In this document: positions 13,457 to 27,659 of the stretch, piece by piece | Position numbering within the stretch: the stretch's first letter is position 1 | How the letters are laid out: every line of letters begins with the position of its first letter | Source: Eledone cirrhosa | Lineage: Eukaryota | Length of the DNA stretch: 64,000 nt | NCBI GenBank assembly: GCA_964016885.1 | Contig: OZ024761.1 | Coordinates: 20,894,001-20,958,000, forward strand | Direction of reading: 5' to 3' | Notes under the pieces: generated by a model | What the model was told of the DNA's origin: nothing | The model's input: only the letters and a program-made list of their open reading frames with translations | The model's database searches: none | Position numbers and translations under genes: made by a program

Positions 13457-13998
13457 CTCTTTAGCATTTAAACCAGCCATATCTGGTCAGAATTCTCTCA
13501 CCTCTTTCTGTTCAAACTGGCTGTAACTAACCATACTTATGTTAACCCTTTAGCATTTACATTACTCTATATAAACTTTTGTATTTTCACAGTAAAGGCT
13601 TTACCTCACATAATATCTCACATAACATTTACATTACTCTATATATACTATTGTATTTTCACAGTAAAGACTTTACCTCACATAATATCTCACATAACAT
13701 TTACATTACTCTATATATACTATTGTATTTTCACAGTAAAGGTTTTACCTCACATAATTATTCACATCGAATCTATGAGATTTTGATGATATTATTATTT
13801 ACTTTGAAAACAAGACCTTAACATCAGTATGAGCAGCTGGTTACGGCTGGTTTGAACAGAAAGAGGTGAGAAAATTCTGGCCGGATGTGGCCAGTTTAGA
13901 TGTTACAGGGTTAAAGTATTGTACTCAAAATAAATAACATCAAAATCTCACAGCTTCGATATTATTTGAGATATTATATGAGGTGAAACCTTTAAGGG
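13457..13998 (+). mobile_element. TTAA/piggyBac-like MITE (family P1), outer copy interrupted by a nested copy
   Basis: Starts ataa|CTCTTTAGCATTTAAACCAGCC and ends AAGGG|ttaa. The body matches the 48784 copy on both sides of the insertion. Confidence 0.7.
13546..13910 (-). mobile_element. P1 MITE nested in opposite orientation at an internal TTAA
   Basis: ttaa|CCCTTTAGCATTTAC ... TGTTACAGGG|ttaa, with TTAA duplicated at 13542-45 and 13911-14. Contains ~3 copies of the 72-bp unit. Confidence 0.8.
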
Positions 13999-14049
13999 TT
14001 AACTTGATTGAATTAAAATGTTTTCTCCTCCCTGTCTTGTGTTCTACAG

Positions 14050-14229
14050 AAGTCCAAAGAAGGTCATGACACGGAATCGGTTAAAAAACAATTCCAGAAA
14101 CAGAGAGCGAGAGAACATGCAGAATATTCCAAGAGTCTACTGGCGAAGGATAAAGAAATTGATGAATTAAAGAGACAACACAAGATATTATCAGAAAAGA
14201 TTAACTCCATGTCAAAACAATTGCCACAG
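14050..14229 (+). CDS. RIMBP2: RIMS-binding protein coding exon C
   Basis: Acceptor tcttgtgttctacag|, donor CAG|gtaaag, 180 nt, phase 0/0. KSKEGHDTESVKKQFQKQRAREHAEYSKSLLAKDKEIDELKRQHKILSEKINSMSKQLPQ resembles the RIMBP motif 'ARQRARDLSE.ASALLAKDKQI..L'. Confidence 0.88.
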
Positions 14230-14307
14230 GTAAAGGACATTTTATTCTATATTTGTTTTATTTATTTTTTTGAAAGGTTGGGTGGATATCTATTGAATCC
14301 TCACTCT

Positions 14308-14362
<55 letters not shown>

Positions 14363-14664
14363 GTTACAAACACAACTTTTCAGGGCGAAACAGATTAATC
14401 TCTGATCTGTCTGGGAGATAATAGTTATTGAATCGGTCAGTACATTTTAATTTATCTTGTATTTACCATTTGATTCAGAGTTTATATTCATGAAACCAAC
14501 GTGGTATTACTACCCTTGTAATTCTAAACACACAATTTACTGTGTTTATTCCTTTATATATATATATATATATATATATTTATTATATATATATATATAT
14601 ATATTTATTATATATATATATATATATATATTTATTATATATATATATATATATATATATTTAT

Positions 14665-14695
<31 letters not shown>

Positions 14696-14887
14696 TATAT
14701 ATATATATATATATATATATTTATTATATATATATATATATATATATATTTATTATATATATATATATATTTATTATATATATATATATATATATTTATT
14801 ATATACATATATATATATATTTAAATATTTTGAAGTGAAACATACCATACTCAAGTATGGTTGTGGAAATACACACATTATACACAT

Positions 14888-14920
<33 letters not shown>

Positions 14921-14930
14921 CACACATTAT

Positions 14931-14994
<64 letters not shown>

Positions 14995-15009
14995 TATACA
15001 AATACACAT

Positions 15010-15059
<50 letters not shown>

Positions 15060-15087
15060 TTTTATAAATATCCATTTATTAATATCG

Positions 15088-15118
<31 letters not shown>

Positions 15119-15143
15119 TATACAAATACACATACACACACAG

Positions 15144-15182
<39 letters not shown>

Positions 15183-15192
15183 TTATACAAAT

Positions 15193-15225
<33 letters not shown>

Positions 15226-15333
15226 CACATTATACAAATACACACACATTTACACACATATATATATATACACACACACACATTCACACGCATATATACA
15301 CACACACAGACACATATATATATATACACACAC

Positions 15334-15376
<43 letters not shown>

Positions 15377-15445
15377 TAATTAATTGGTATGTGGAATTGT
15401 ATGTTGCAATTGAATAGCAATTAATTACTGTTTTGTGTTCTTCAG

Positions 15446-15562
15446 AACTCTCGTCTTTATGAAGACCAGGAAGAACTTGAGGCCATTATTAAGCAGGCTG
15501 CCAAAGAAAGACTCCATTTAGAAAAACAATTGCTTAAGACTAACATGTCAGGGAACTCACAG
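15446..15562 (+). CDS. RIMBP2: RIMS-binding protein coding exon D
   Basis: Acceptor ttttgtgttcttcag|, donor CAG|gtaagg, 117 nt, phase 0/0. NSRLYEDQEELEAIIKQAAKERLHLEKQLLKTNMSGNSQ aligns by eye to 'DFDRLLRESQREVLRLQRQI' of TSPOAP1. Confidence 0.85.
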
Positions 15563-16199
15563 GTAAGGCAACATATATGTGTTTTGTTTTTTCTATTTTT
15601 ATGTTTTAATTTGATGAAAGGTGGTGACTGTGACATGATCACAGCTTAAAATATTCATAGCAAGACCTGTATATGTTTATTATATACATAAACAAAGGTG
15701 GTGCCCCAGCATGGCCTCAGCTGGATGGCTGGAACAGGTAAAAGAGTAAAATATATTACATATGCCTTCATATACACCCTTATTATTTACACTAGTAATA
15801 TTGATATTATATGCAATAAACGTGATAAAAAAATATAAAGAGGACATATTCTCACAGTTCTCCAATTATTGTACATAAGATATTGAATGTTAAATGGACA
15901 TTTTTTTTTCTCTCTCATAACTATACATTACATGAGTTCTCTCCCTTTCACCTAAATTATATTTTATTTCTTTATATAAATGACTCATTAACTTGGGTAG
16001 AATCTTTGAGGGGAAACTTATATGATAAGAACCTGTTACAAAACTATAGAACCCACTGCCTAATCTTGTTGAAACCACCCCTTTAAGGCTGCATTGACTT
16101 CTAACAATGTTATTGGCCCCCTATAAACATGTAGACACCAGTATATATATATCATCATCATCATCATGTTTAACATTCATTTTTCCATGCTAACATGGG

Positions 16200-16300
<101 letters not shown>

Positions 16301-16515
16301 CATCATCATCGTTTAACGTCCATCTTCTAATCTAGCATGGGTTAGACACTTGAGGCGAGACTGGTTGGGAGAGCATGTCTCACTAGTATAGGACTGTTTC
16401 TGGAAGGTTTTCTGCTGTTGGATGCCCTTCCTATATATATATATATATATACACCCTTGAAAAGGCTTGCCGAACCCACAAGCTAAAGCAGCTTGGCCCC
16501 GCGGTCAGGATTTTA

Positions 16516-16614
<99 letters not shown>

Positions 16615-16743
16615 TAGTATTGGCACTCCAAAAATAAGTAAGTGACACAGTCACTACTTTAAAACTCATAGCTAAAGGTCTTCAAAATGTTTTTAATTAA
16701 ACATACAGTATATTGCCAAATATACTATACATACATTCACACG

Positions 16744-16800
<57 letters not shown>

Positions 16801-16953
16801 TCCATGATATCTTCTGGACCCAGATGCCATATTCCCCTGCTCCGATATATATGTTATACGATTCCAAGGATACCATCGAGTCAAACTCTCTGGTAGGATG
16901 TCACCTTGTTTAAGCATTCATTCTTGATATACATAAGCAAAAGCTTATCTGCC

Positions 16954-17000
<47 letters not shown>

Positions 17001-17849
17001 ATATTATAAAGAGTCAGGAGCCTGACGGCTGAGCTCTTGCCATTTCAGACCACCTTACAGGATGAACTGGGTGCTTTCAGTCACGTCACCAGCATGACCA
17101 GCTTACAGGGAGGACTGGCTTCTTTATGTCATGGTAGTAGCAACACTCTAGGCAAAGGCATTACAACAGAGAAGAGCCAGCATTACCCACTGCACCAGCC
17201 AAATAAGGTTAATGTAGATTGTTGGCCAATTTTATATTATTTTCTTTATTTATCTGTAATCTTCTCAGTTTGAAAACCTTGTGGAATATGTAACAAATAT
17301 GGCTCCTGTCTACGTAGAGCACGGAAGCAAGTCTTGACTTCTTCATCTCTCTCATTGTTTCTATCTCTCTCTCTATCTACCCCCCTCTCCCCATCTATCT
17401 ACCCCTCGCCCCCTCTCTCTCTATCTATCTACCCCCATCTCTATCTACCTACGCCCCTCTCCCCATCTACCCCCTCCCTCTATCTCCCCTCTCCCCCTCC
17501 ATCTATCTACCCCTCTCCCCCATCTCTATCTACCCCATCTACCCCCTCCCTCTATCTCCCCCTCCCACCCTCTCTCTCTCTATACACCCCCCCCCCTCTC
17601 TCCAGTCAATACAATACAGTTTACGTCTCAGAAGGGTTCACTGTTGGCGTTGGTCCAATCTGTTGAAAGTGGAGAAAATATAATGTTGTGAGAATATATG
17701 AAGTTGTTAAGATGTGAGAGAGGGATAGATAGATAGATATAGAGAGGGGGAGAGAGAGTGAGGGAGATATATATATATATATAGAGAGAGAGAGAGGGGG
17801 AGAGAGGGAGATATATACACAGAGAGAGTGGAGGAGAGAGAGTGAGGGA

Positions 17850-17910
<61 letters not shown>

Positions 17911-18261
17911 GTGTGTGAGAAAGATATATATATATATATAGAGAGAGAGAGAGTGAGAGAGGGAGATATATATATAGAGAGAGAGTGAGAGAGGGAGATA
18001 TATATACATATAGAGAGAGAGAGAGAGCGAGATATATATATATATATATAGTGAGAGAGAGAGAGAGTGAGAAAGATATATATATATATATAGTGAGAGA
18101 GAGAGGGAGATATATATATATATAGAGAGAGAGAGTGTGTGAGAAAGATATATATATATATAGAGAGAGAGAGAGAGTGTGAGAAATAGATGGAGAGAAA
18201 TACAGGAATATATATTAGTATCTTATGACATATTTATGTTAGAGAGAGAGAAATATATATA

Positions 18262-18295
<34 letters not shown>

Positions 18296-18572
18296 CAAGT
18301 ATCTTATAATATATCTACGTTAGAGTCTATCGACATTTCACAGTTTCACAGCGGAGTAAGACATAAGAAGAAATGGAATTTAGCCAAAAAACCAAGATGG
18401 AGTGGAAAGAAAAACCACAAAGCAGATCCATATAGAAACTGTTGATTTAGTTTAGAAGAATCTTATACCTTGAACTGTGGCCAGGCTGGAGCAATGTCTG
18501 TCTTAAAGGTATATGTTGACATCATACACCTTCTTACTGGAGCATACATACATACATATATATACATACTCA

Positions 18573-18912
18573 GATGGTGGATGGGTGCTACACGAGAATG
18601 CTGAGGATGGCTCTGAACATTAATCAGTATACACTGAGGATGAAGAACTCAGAGCTGTATGGGAGCTTCCCAAAAGTCAGCTCAAAAGTGACACAGAGGA
18701 GACTGAGGTTAGCTGGACATGCTCACTGATATTCAGAGTTGACACTGCACTCAGTGGTTCCTGTGGGAGCCCCTGCATGGACACACTGGAAGAGGAAGAC
18801 TAAGGTTGACATATGTTGATGCCCTAAGGACAGACACTGGTCTCTTGGAGACGCACGACATGGCAGTGATAATGAGGGACAGAGACCGCTGGAGAGAACT
18901 TGTCCATGGATC
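18573..18912 (+). mobile_element. Decayed LINE (RTE/RTEX-like) 3' fragment, different family
   Basis: GCYTRMLRMALNIN...NSELYGSFPKVSSKVTQRRLRLAGH* is typical post-RT sequence; frameshifts follow. Confidence 0.75.
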
Positions 18913-20056
18913 TCGGGAATTTTACCCACCCTAGATAGATACATATATATATACATATACTTACTTATATATAGATATACATATACATACATACATCTAT
19001 CTATCTAGGGCAGGTAAAATGTCCTGGGTATGACATTAAATTGCATCTAGTGGCAAGGCTCCAGTTCGGGAGTTCAGGAGCTGTGGGGAATGTGGAGTTA
19101 CTCCCAGGTCTGCTCAGGCCTGGAGAAGTAGTACCTGTTAGGGCCCCATTTATGGGTTAAATAATTACCTAGTTTGAGTGGCACTGGTAAGGTATTATCA
19201 ACCATTGAAAAGAACATACATAAATATATATGTATATATATATATAACAAAAAAAATACCATAGACATACAATTCAACAGGAGGAAACATAATAGTACGA
19301 CTGATGATGTTGCAGATGTGCAACGAAAGAACTTTGATAGACTATATATATATATAGACTATATATATATATATGTAGACTATATATATATATATGTATT
19401 TATATCTGTATTTTTAACCGTTGGTCAATCAATGATAAACATTGATTGCCAAATAAATTAACTATGGAGATATAAAAGATACAGAAGCGAAAACCAACCA
19501 AACAGTGAGTGTGTTCTGTTGTTATTTCTGGCAATATTATTACAACAATATGACCCTCCCCAAGTATAACAATATATATAAAGATATACATATATATATA
19601 TGTGTGTGTGATGGACTTTCTTATAGTTTCCATCTATCAAAAAGAAGACACTTGCCCAAGATGTCCCACAGTGGGGTTAAACATGAAGCCATATGGTTAT
19701 AAAGTGAAATTCCCTAACCACACAGACACATGTCACACCTTTTCCTATTTTCTACAATTATTTTCAGGAAATCAAAGAAAAGCTTTTCTTTTTCTTTTGT
19801 GTTTTTTGTGGGTTTTTTTAAAACTATAAATAAAAGAAAATAAATATAAAACAACCCACCATTTAAATAAATTAAGACGTTTTTTTTAGTACCAGAAATT
19901 GGTAAGAGGAATATAAAAGAGTGTATTGTCATAATTGGAATACTGTGGTGGTTCTCGCTGGCTTTTAGTGAAACCTTTTAACCTATTATCTTATAAATGA
20001 GAGACTGAGTAGGTGTTGATAGGCTGCTTGGACACTTAGATATTATCACTTAGATA

Positions 20057-20415
20057 TTAACCTGTTTTATACAAAACAAAAAAGCCTGCAACTGTCATTT
20101 CTGTTCTACTGTATATATAACAAAAAAGACAGTTTTATATCATTTGTATTTATCTAAAAAGCTTCCATTATTAAATATGTGAAATTTTGTTTTGTTCCAA
20201 ATACCAACTTAAACTCTTTTGATACCAGACTGCCTGCAACTGTCTCTAGTTCTGCTATGGAAAAACTGTTTGTTTTAAAGTGTTGATATTTATCTATAAA
20301 CCTTCCATTATAATATATATATATATATATGTATGTATATTAAATTATATCATTTATTTATGCTCATACATGGAACCAAGGCATATATGTATGTATATAT
20401 ATATATATATATATG

Positions 20416-20463
<48 letters not shown>

Positions 20464-21059
20464 TTGTTATGTTCCAAACAGCTTAAACCATCTTGATACA
20501 CAAAACTGCCTGGAACTGTCATTTGTGTTCTACTTTGTAAAAACTGTTTGTTTTAAAGTGTTGATGTTTATCTAAAAATCTTCCATTATAATTTTATATA
20601 AGAACCTTTGTTGAGTTATGTTCCAAACACCAGCTTAAACCCTTTTGATGTCAAATTGCCTGAAAAATATCACTGCTTTTATGATACAAAGCTTGCATGT
20701 TTTAAGAAGCAACTAAAAATGGTTGGTGCCAGGATGGGAATTTGGCTGTGAAATATTGCCTCAAGAGGTCACATCCGGCCCGTGCTGGCATAGAAAAGTC
20801 GACATAAAACTATGATGAGGATGATGATGATGGTGAATACTTAAAAATAAACAGCTTTGTGTCATGGAAGCAGTTAGTTTTTCAGGCAGTTTGGTATCAA
20901 AAGGATTTAAGCTGGTGTTTGGAACATAACTTAACAAAGGTTCTTACATAAATTTTAGATAAATATAAACACTTTAAAATAGACAGTTTTATATGATAGA
21001 CCAAGGAGTCATTGGAGTCAGTTTGATAACCCACTCGCTGCCCCCCAAAAAAGGGTTAA
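20057..21059. mobile_element. Cluster of a second TTAA-flanked ~150-bp MITE-like family (P2): tandem copies, then inverted copies; related pieces at 31320-31470 and 44420-44682
   Basis: Recurring ttaaa(c)ccttttgatac...gcctg...gttccaaacaccagcttaa units. The reverse-complement copies start at ~20850 and end aaaggg|ttaa. Confidence 0.6.
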
Positions 21060-21747
21060 AATTTCCCAATTCTGTAAATAATCCTTCTAATTTTACCGAC
21101 CCTCACATTTCATCAGATAGATTAAATTATGTATTTAAAAGAAAAATAAGACAAAACAATTAAATTAAGAGAGAGAAAAAAAGAAGAATTTGTTATCTGT
21201 TGTTGAAAAACTGAATATCTGGTTGTGATGGTGCCAAGGGAATTGTGGGAAACTGAAATTGAAGGCAAAAACAGAAGTCTTTTAATATATGGGAGAGATA
21301 ACTGTGTGTGTACACAATACAAGTGTGTACACACACATATACATACACACACACATACACATACACACACATATACATACACACACATGTACATACACAC
21401 ACATGTACACACACTCACTCTCTCTCTTTTGCTTTCTTTTACTCATTTTCTCACTACATCATATAAAAACAAGTATGAAGCTTCGTGGTTAGAGTTGGTT
21501 GGCTTGTGATTGTAAGGTTGCGAGTTTGATTCTTAGATCTAGTATATATACACACACTTTAGTCCCCACCCCCCACGCACCTCAGTCCCACACACACACA
21601 CACTACAGCCCCCCTCTCTCCATATAAGAAGATAGTGGGAACAACCATAAGCTTGTGAGTTCGATTCTTGGACCAGGTGTTGTGTTCTTGAGCAAGACAC
21701 CGTATTTCACATTTGCTCCAGTCCACTCAGCTATATATGTATGTATA

Positions 21748-21817
<70 letters not shown>

Positions 21818-21985
21818 CTGAAGATGTATATTTTCTTACTATGATAATTTGTAATATATTTTACATAGATCAATAATAGATTGGACATACGGAGAACTAC
21901 CCCCCCCCCCAGAAACGATTGTAAAATAATGAGTTTTACTATGAATTAACTGTTTTGTGTTTAATTTCATTGTTTTTACTATTTG

Positions 21986-22019
<34 letters not shown>

Positions 22020-22239
22020 CATGTGTGTGTTTATAATGTTTGTTATGAAGTTATATATATATGTGTGTGTGTGAGTCCCAGGTTCAATCGGGGGTAACCA
22101 CAGTAAGTAAGGTACTCAATATATTAATAGAGTGAATATAACATCAGAACTATTCCTGATGATTTCCTTCGAATGAAATAGTTCTAGTCCTGTAGAAGCC
22201 TTTTCTGTATTCAATTTTGTTATATATACTCATACACAT

Positions 22240-22322
<83 letters not shown>

Positions 22323-22722
22323 TATATATATTTACACATGTATATATGTATGTATATATATATATGTGTATATGTGAGATGTGTATATGTGAGGTGTGTA
22401 TATATGAGGTGTATAGGAGACCAAGACAGATATGTGGAAATGTTTGATATGGTCAACTGGTTCCATCAGTGGTCATTGAGAAGGAATTACTAAATTACCA
22501 ATGATGTGTAACAATGACTGACTACTTTAAATGGTCCTTCACTGAGACAAGTGGCCGCGCAGTCTTTCAAGTCAAGAAACATTTGTCATGCATTGAAGAA
22601 CATCTCTCTGCCAGACACAGATCATGTGGAAGAATTTATAGGAAAACCTGTCTACTGTGTATAGTTTGTGTTGATATATATATTATTATTATTGTTGTTG
22701 TTGTTGTTGCTGTTGTTGTTGC

Positions 22723-22760
<38 letters not shown>

Positions 22761-22869
22761 CCCAGCTGAGAGAGATTAGAGAGGGTGAGGAGTGCTTTGT
22801 GTGAGTTGCTCTCAAGTAGATTTCAAAAACACTACATATACACACTACACTATACTACATACACACACA

Positions 22870-23420
22870 CCATACACTCTACACACCACACACTCTACAC
22901 ACCACACTCTACACACCACACACTCTACACACCACACACTCTACACACCACACTCTACACACCACACTCTACACACCACACTCTACACACCACACTCTAC
23001 ACACCACACTCTACACACCACACTCTACACACCACACTCTACACACCACACACTCTATACACCACACACTCTACATACCACACACTCTACACACTACACT
23101 CTACACACCACACACTCTACACACCACACACTCTACACACCACACACTACACACCACACACTCTACACACCACACTCTACACACCACACACTCTACACAC
23201 CACACACTCTACACACCACACACTCTACACACCACACTCTACACACCACACTCTACACACCACACTCTACACACCACACTCTACACACCACACTCTACAC
23301 ACCACACTCTACACACCACACACTCTACTCACCACATACTCTACACACCACACTCTACACACCACACTCTACACACCACACACTCTACTCACCACACACT
23401 CTACACCACACTCTACACGA
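22870..23420. repeat. 14/16-bp minisatellite (acaccacactctac)
   Basis: Direct reading. Confidence 0.9.
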
Positions 23421-25382
23421 CATTCCATCCATGACCAACACTATTATATATTTTCAGTAGATAAAAGTTGTTTGGTTTTTGTTGATATTGTTTTTATTAT
23501 TTAAATTCGAAGGTAATTAAAATTTATACTGATTAACTAATTAGATTAGATTAGGTGGGGGTGGGGGTTAGATTAACGGTTTATTGATTTTTACAGATAT
23601 TTATTAATCATTATTAACGAGGGAGTTAATCTTCTAATTCATCATCACCACCACCATGATATCATCACCTTCATCACCACCACCATCATCACCACCACCA
23701 CCACCATCACCATCATCATCACCACTAGCACCACCACCACCACTACCATCACCACCACCACCACTACCATCACCACCACCACTACCATCACCATCATCAT
23801 CACCACTAGTACCACCACCACCACCACCACTACCACCACCATCACCATCACCACCACCACCCTCACCACCATCATCATCAGCACCACCACCACCACCACT
23901 ACCACCACCACCACCACTACCACCACCACCACCACTACCATCACCACCACCATCACCATCATCATCACCACTAGTACCACCACCACCACCACTACCACCA
24001 CCATCACCACCACCACACTCACCACCACCATCCTCACCATCACCACCACCATCACCACCACCACCACCACCACCACCATCACCATCACCACCCTCACCAT
24101 CACCATCACCACCACCACACTCACCACCACCATCACCACCACCACCATCACCACCACCACCACCACCACCATCACCACCACCATCACCATCCTCATCTCA
24201 GCAAGGTTCAATATTTTATCAAATTAGCTCTAAACAAACCTCTTATTAAAATATTTCAAGATATTACTAAAAGCTCTTCACATATTTCGAAACTACTTAA
24301 GCTCAGCAGTTAAAATGGCAACTTTCTTAAATGTAGGTCAAAAGTTAGTGGTTTAGTTAAGGTCAAGTATGTGGCCGGAGATTAACTGATTAAAATATTG
24401 GACTACGGATCAAATATTAAAGTTTTTTTGAAATCTACACGAGAGCAACTCGTAAGAATACCCGGCCTTTCTCTAATCTCTCTCAGCTGAGAAAGAGAAA
24501 TAAGTATTTATTGATGATGATGGTGATGGTAATGATGGTGGTGATGATGGTGATGATGATGGTGATGATGATGATGGTGGTGATGATGATGGTGATTGTG
24601 GTGATGATGATGATAATGGTGATGATGATGGTGGTGATGATGATGGTGATTGTGGTGATGATGATGATAATAGTGATGATGGTGATGATGATGATGATGG
24701 TGGTGATGATGGTGGTGATTGTGATGATGATGATGATGGTGGTGATGATGGTGATGATGATGATGATGATTTCTCACCGATACTTCCAGCTTGTTGCCAA
24801 CCATTGTTGCTGGTTTACATGTTGGTTACTAGCGACATTGTTGGTCGTCCGAGACGTTTTATGTTTGCAAAAATTGTGTTGTGAACCGATTTCTTTGTAA
24901 TGAGAGGTGGTGATGGTAGTGTGGTGGTGGTGGTGGTGTTGTGTGTGAGATTGGTGGTGGTGGTGCTGTTGGTGGTGGTGTTATTGTTGGTGGTGGTGGT
25001 GGTGGTGTTGTGTGTGAGTATGGTGGTGGTGGTGATGGTGATGATGTGTAGACAGAGAACAATTACAGCGGAATTAACGAACGTTTGAGATGTTAGGAAG
25101 TGGTGGTCATGGTGGGAAGGCTGCTGTTATTTCAACAATCTGTTTACTTTGATGTTTGTCCGGTTCTCGGAGGTTTTAGGAGAAAATCACTTCGACTTGG
25201 CTTTTATTTTCTCATTCCTCATTTTACTGTTTAACTTCTGTGATAGAGCAATGAGAGAGGGGGGGGGGAGAAAGAGTGCAGAGAGAGATATAAGGGAGTG
25301 AGGGGGAGAGAGAGAGGAGAGGAAGCGAGAGAGAGGAGACAGAGAGAGAGAAGAGGTGAGAAGTGTGGGGGAGAGAGATATT

Positions 25383-25435
<53 letters not shown>

Positions 25436-25461
25436 TGAGAAGTGTGGGGGAGAGAGATATT

Positions 25462-25492
<31 letters not shown>

Positions 25493-25963
25493 AGAAGAGA
25501 TGAGAAGTGTGGGGGAGAGAGATATTAGAGAGAGAGAGAAGAGGTGAGAAGTGTGGGGGAGAGAGATATTAGAGGAATTGGCTTAAATTTTGATATAGCG
25601 TTGGTCTTTGATAAGTTTTTCTGGTCATTAATTCTCCCAATTAGCAACAACCAACATCTGTTGCTAAAAAATAACAACAATAATAAGAGTAATAATAATA
25701 ATAGTAATACAACTAATAATTAAGCTAATGAAACCAAACCCAAACCAATTCTGTTGAAATAGAAAGTGGACATGAAATCTATGGAAGTGGTTTATATTTC
25801 TATTTTTAACTCATTTCTACACACTGGCAAATCATTCTATCTGACGTTCTTATGACTCTACCGAGTTACGTACGGCCTGCTGTGTGCTTTTTTTATATCG
25901 AAGCTGAAAGTATGAAAGGCAAAGTTGACCTCGGCGGGATTTGAACTGAAAGAGTACAAGGTT

Positions 25964-26160
25964 TCTCCCTGGACAGGACGCCAGTCCATTGCAGGGTTAA
26001 AGTCCCCTCCAGCTATTGCTGATACTTGTTTTCAGCTGAGTATACTGGAGCAACATAAAATGAAGTGTTTTGCTCAAGAACACAACACGCAGCCCAGGAA
26101 TCGAACCCACGATATTATGATCGTAAGTCCAACACTCTTACCACTAGGCCACGTGCCTCC
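25964..26160 (-). mobile_element. tRNA-derived SINE (same head family)
   Basis: Minus strand ggaggcacgTGGCCTAGTGG...GGTTCGATTCC...ttcttgagcaaaacac. Further fragments at ~21475-21735, 43855-44015 (-) and 63860-64000. Confidence 0.8.
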
Positions 26161-26171
26161 ACTATACACAC

Positions 26172-26272
<101 letters not shown>

Positions 26273-26287
26273 TATATACACACACAC

Positions 26288-26334
<47 letters not shown>

Positions 26335-26366
26335 CACACATATATATATATATATATACACACACA

Positions 26367-26418
<52 letters not shown>

Positions 26419-26985
26419 CACATCACTAGTATATAAACATGAAATGTAGTGAAATGTGGATATAAAAGCTCAACTAATCTCTAGCAATTATTAGTGAGCT
26501 GGTTTAAGCAGCTTATGGAGGACTTGGATGTCTAAAAAGCAAACCAGAGACAGACACAAACTACAGTCAATGGTTTACAACAGACAAACATAAATATAGG
26601 GAAACTGTTTTATAGAAAGAAGGGTTACAACTAGAGGTTTTTATTGGGGTGGGTGGAGGATATTGGACTGGGTTATATAAGGGTGTTGTTGTTGTTGTTA
26701 CTGTTGTTGTTACTGTTGTTACTGTTGTTGTTGTTGTTGTTGTTGTTGTTACAGTTGGTGGTGTTGTTGTTGTTACTGTTGCTACTTTATAAAGTTTTAG
26801 GTCAAACATTCACACACACTCACACACACATATTTATGTATATATATATATATATAGAGAGAGAGAGATACATGGGATGCACACGCACACACACATTTTT
26901 TTGGGGGTGGGGGCAGTTGGACAGGATTATGTTGTTGTTGTTTTTATATAAAGTTGTAGGTCAAACATTCACATACACACACATC

Positions 26986-27038
<53 letters not shown>

Positions 27039-27374
27039 TTGCACACATACACACAATGGAAGCTTAGATAAGTTTTACACAGGAGATGTAAGTTTGTCAA
27101 TAGATAAAGTTTGATTGTCGCTGGATAGTGACATGGCTTAAATAAATATGGCTCATAAACATATATATATGTATGTATATATATATATTATTAAGCATGT
27201 TTCACAGAAGTTTGGCTCAAGGTCACCCATTAGCGAGCTTGTCAAAGGAAGGGTTTGGAGAGCCCCCTTCAGCTGTGTAAAGGACATGATGGTCTCCCTA
27301 GAGCTGGTGTCATGATAAAAGGCACTCAGTGGAGCACAGGATCAAATGAAGGACATGACCAACCTATCTATATT

Positions 27375-27640
27375 TGCCCTTATTGATGGTCTTGATAATG
27401 TCTGGCTTTTGGCTGTCCTCTGGTCCTTCTCCACTGCTGTGGTGTCCACTCTGTCACTCTAGTAGTCCACCTGTTGTCTCAGAGATGAGAGATGCGGTCA
27501 CCAACCCATCTATATTTGCCCTTCTTGATGGTCCCAATTATGTCCTACACCCCAGTCTGCTGTCAAATCTAGGTGTTAACTGTTCCTGTTACATAAGGTG
27601 ATGCCAACCATGACTTGCTCCATTTTACGTGGGGCCACTG
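27375..27640 (-). mobile_element. Decayed RTE-like LINE 3' fragment
   Basis: Minus strand reads R.QTGV.DII..IKK.K.RW.G....DNRWTTRVTEWTP...RTRGQPK. Confidence 0.7.
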
Positions 27641-27659
27641 TAAAGATATTCAGATTTAA

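Noticed and set aside
17037-17273. 78-aa ORF downstream of exon D
   Set aside because: Resembles decayed repeat sequence (compare 11345-11480), with no family motif or convincing donor.
22146-22190. CTGATGA...GAAA motif flanked by agaactatt/aatagttct (related copy near 47540)
   Set aside because: No stem I and a mismatched stem II base; the second copy reads CCGATGA. At best a dead relic.
22514-22660. Unique-looking ORF MTDYFKWSFTETSGRAVFQVKKHL as a further exon
   Set aside because: No clear splice sites or similarity to RIM-BP; it runs into a (GTT)n tract.
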